DNA of 64,000 nt, taken from contig JBCBSM010000002.1 of assembly GCA_039819165.1 (NCBI GenBank), positions 453,426 through 517,425 on the forward strand. Reading direction: 5' to 3'. The notes under the pieces are model-generated. The model was given only the letters and a program-made list of their open reading frames with translations. It ran no database searches and was not told the origin of the DNA. Both the position numbers and the translations under genes were made by a program. The stretch is from Planctomycetota bacterium (GTDB taxonomy: Bacteria > Planctomycetota > Phycisphaerae > Phycisphaerales > UBA1924). How positions within the stretch are numbered: the first letter of the stretch is position 1; each line of letters opens with the position of its first letter. Shown piece after piece: positions 62,121 through 64,000 of this stretch.

Positions 62121-63566
62121 ATGACCAACCACCCTACTACACCACCGGACGAGCTGGACACCCATCGCGGCCTGCGGTTTGGTGTTCTCGATCTCATCCG
62201 CTGCACCGAGCAGACGGCGATATTGATGTCCATTGCGGAAGGCAAGGGCATCAACGCCGAGATCCTCGGCGTATATGCCACGCTGTCGATGGCGGGCTAC
62301 CTGCGTGAGTCAACGTACCGTGCCCACCTCGGCATCTTCGACGAGATCTACGACCGTGAGGGCGAGGAACACAACGAGGACGAGGTTGACGGCGAGAACG
62401 AGGGCGAACACCAAGAGAGCGACGACGGTGCCAAGACAAGGACCAGACCAAGAAACAAGACCACGCCGTCGGTCAAGATCCTCCGGGCGCTTGAGAGGGT
62501 TGCGGCCCGGTACCGAGGGGATCCGAACAAGGACCAAGACCTTGAGCTTGAGTTCTGCTGTGCGCCCATCGATGGTCGGCGTGCTCTCTCTGCGGGACAG
62601 ACCGGCGGAACGGTCTCCGCGCTGGCATTCGCCGCGCACGACAAAGACCGTCCGGTGCTTGCACCGCCCCGTGAGACGGCAACCAGCCCGCCCCCTACAG
62701 ATGGAAGTCGTCCCCGTGGCCGGACGTCTCATGCCGATCAGAGCCCGCCCTGGCTCGTCCTCGCCGGTTCGGCGGAGTGTGCTAGCAGGCTCGGAGGCGT
62801 CGAGCAGATCCAGGATTTTCTCCGCAAGGCCGCCCGAAAGGCCGTTCGTTCTCCAGACGATGCATTGGTTGAGAACTTCGTGAACGTCATATTTGATGAG
62901 GCCGGATCGAGATCGTCGAGCTCACGATTGCCAATCCAGATCGAGCGAGCGTTGGCAATGCTCGATCACCCGAAGTGGTACACCAAGTGGAACCGCCAGA
63001 AGTCGCCGCCCTGCAAGAAGAGGCTCTTCACGGGATCATCGCTCGCCGTCAATCTCGCTGCAATGTTCGACAGTCGCGGCTTTGACTGCGCTCTCTCGAT
63101 CACGCGGCACATCCACGCGGTGCAGGCAAGCATCGCGGCTCGAACGCTCGGCGGGTTCATCGTCGCCGTCCCATTGAGACGATCAGATCACCAAACAGCG
63201 TCACCCAATAACAAGCCACTCTGCGTGGAGTCAGATGACATCTGGACGCACACACAGTTTGTCCGATCAACGGACGCGGCCCTGATCGTCAGCGGCATCA
63301 GCGAGAACGTCGTGCTCAGTCCCGTCAGAATTCGCGGCGATCAGGCATGGGTCAACACGCTGAGCTTGAGCGCCCGTACCAAGTCGTTCCGCAAGCTCGA
63401 ACACCGGATCACGCTAAGCGGCCCGTCAGCTACCCGATTTGCGTGCTTTGACGAGAAGGTTCTGGACCGGCTCGATGCCGGCGCAGAACTCCCGAACGCG
63501 ACATGGAAGAAGGCTTCCGACTGGTACGAGACATTTGAGGACATGCTAAATCCCCATCTGCCATGA
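62121..63566 (+). CDS. hypothetical protein
   Basis: 481 aa with lower GC. Has an acidic low-complexity stretch (EGEEHNEDEVDGENEGEHQESDDG). The C-terminal segment ALIVSGISENVVLSPVRIRGDQAWVNTLSLSARTKSFRKLEHR faintly recalls the GlpX-type FBPase C-terminus. No confident call. Confidence 0.4.
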   Translation: MTNHPTTPPDELDTHRGLRFGVLDLIRCTEQTAILMSIAEGKGINAEILGVYATLSMAGYLRESTYRAHLGIFDEIYDREGEEHNEDEVDGENEGEHQESDDGAKTRTRPRNKTTPSVKILRALERVAARYRGDPNKDQDLELEFCCAPIDGRRALSAGQTGGTVSALAFAAHDKDRPVLAPPRETATSPPPTDGSRPRGRTSHADQSPPWLVLAGSAECASRLGGVEQIQDFLRKAARKAVRSPDDALVENFVNVIFDEAGSRSSSSRLPIQIERALAMLDHPKWYTKWNRQKSPPCKKRLFTGSSLAVNLAAMFDSRGFDCALSITRHIHAVQASIAARTLGGFIVAVPLRRSDHQTASPNNKPLCVESDDIWTHTQFVRSTDAALIVSGISENVVLSPVRIRGDQAWVNTLSLSARTKSFRKLEHRITLSGPSATRFACFDEKVLDRLDAGAELPNATWKKASDWYETFEDMLNPHLP

Positions 63567-63585
63567 CGTAATGCACGAGAATGGA

Positions 63586-64000
63586 CTATGGATCGCCCGG
63601 CCGTTCGCCAAGAATCCAATCTGCTGCCCTCTGGGCCATGCCGGCGGATTGCACGACGAGCCTGGTATCGGCGGCAACCCTCGTTCGCCAGCCGTCGATG
63701 TACGCGGCCGACTGCTCAATCGTCGCCTGCCCGATGCCAGCGGCAGCAGCCAGGAACGCCGCTCCCATCTCGGCCACCATTTCCTCCTTGGAGTAGTCGA
63801 CCGAACCGAAAGCCGAGAGATTCTCGTCGAGGCCCCGGTCCAGGCGTGAGCTGTGCCCGGTCGAGTGGACCAACTCGTGGAAGAGCGTCGCGTAGTAGGA
63901 CCCCGGATCGACGAAGCGGTCGGGCTCTGGAATGCACACCAGGTCGGCCCTGGGCTCGTAGAACGCGCGATCGCCCTTGTGGTCGATGCGCGGGCCAGCC
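63586..64000 (-). CDS. ArdC-like antirestriction protein (C-terminal zincin domain), 5' end outside window
   Basis: HExxH motif LFHELVHSTGH, then SKEEMVAEMGAAFL and AAYIDGWR. The frame stays open to position 64000. Confidence 0.75.
   Translation of the reverse strand, partial: AGPRIDHKGDRAFYEPRADLVCIPEPDRFVDPGSYYATLFHELVHSTGHSSRLDRGLDENLSAFGSVDYSKEEMVAEMGAAFLAAAAGIGQATIEQSAAYIDGWRTRVAADTRLVVQSAGMAQRAADWILGERPGDP

Larger units (their letters stand above)
16850..64000. mobile_element. integrative mobilizable/conjugative-element-like mosaic (right end outside window)
   Basis: Two tyrosine recombinases, Xis-like HTH, ParA plus iterons plus Rep-like gene, MobC plus relaxase, T4CP, ArdC and TA loci. 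Lower-GC cargo alternates with host-GC backbone. No VirB4/VirB6-type genes seen in the window. Confidence 0.6.

Noticed and set aside
1-64000. Searched for a CRISPR array, rRNA genes, reverse transcriptase (retron or DGR) and IS transposases.
   Set aside because: I saw no regularly spaced 25-40-nt direct repeats, no rRNA-like conserved segments, no YxDD-containing RT ORF and no DDE or IS-type ORFs with terminal inverted repeats. This was a scan by eye, so short or degenerate elements could have been missed.

Overview
High-GC (roughly 65-70% by eye) bacterial DNA. The gene content suggests a Planctomycetota/Phycisphaerae-like host, but this is inference only. That content includes DUF1573, a PF07638-type ECF sigma next to a Ser/Thr-kinase-FGE fusion, and many secreted proteins ending in paired dockerin/EF-hand-like repeats plus Gly-Cys.

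Positions 1-14.1 kb look like ordinary core chromosome: hutI, dus, gdh, rpsR, an RluA-family synthase, a TolB-like propeller and a beta-lactamase-fold hydrolase.

From about 14.15 kb to the window end the sequence is a mosaic of accessory DNA around a tRNA-Arg(ACG). Host-like GC backbone modules alternate with lower-GC cargo blocks. In order:
- A PvuII-type C-controlled R-M islet (14.2-16.7 kb), the tRNA, then a tyrosine integrase.
- A cargo block (18.7-29.2 kb) with RHH-Dcm divergent from a translationally coupled sigma-like/ParB-like/SNF2 operon, plus an ECF-sigma/STK-FGE/unknown operon.
- A plasmid-like maintenance module: Xis-like HTH, ParA, iteron-like repeats and a Rep-like gene.
- Dockerin-tailed secreted proteins and three TA/PIN loci plus decayed PIN fragments.
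- A second Xer-like recombinase whose 5' end carries a dif-like site.
- Blocks of unknown membrane/coiled-coil genes and two HEPN-motif proteins.
- MobC plus relaxase behind a highly structured oriT-like region.
- A T4CP operon that also carries GNAT, vWA and membrane genes, then a partial ArdC.

I saw no rRNA, CRISPR array, reverse transcriptase or T4SS channel genes.

The best candidate for an undescribed system is the five-gene RHH-Dcm / sigma-like-ParB-like-SNF2 cluster (18678-24289). All family calls come from motif recognition by eye, not database searches.
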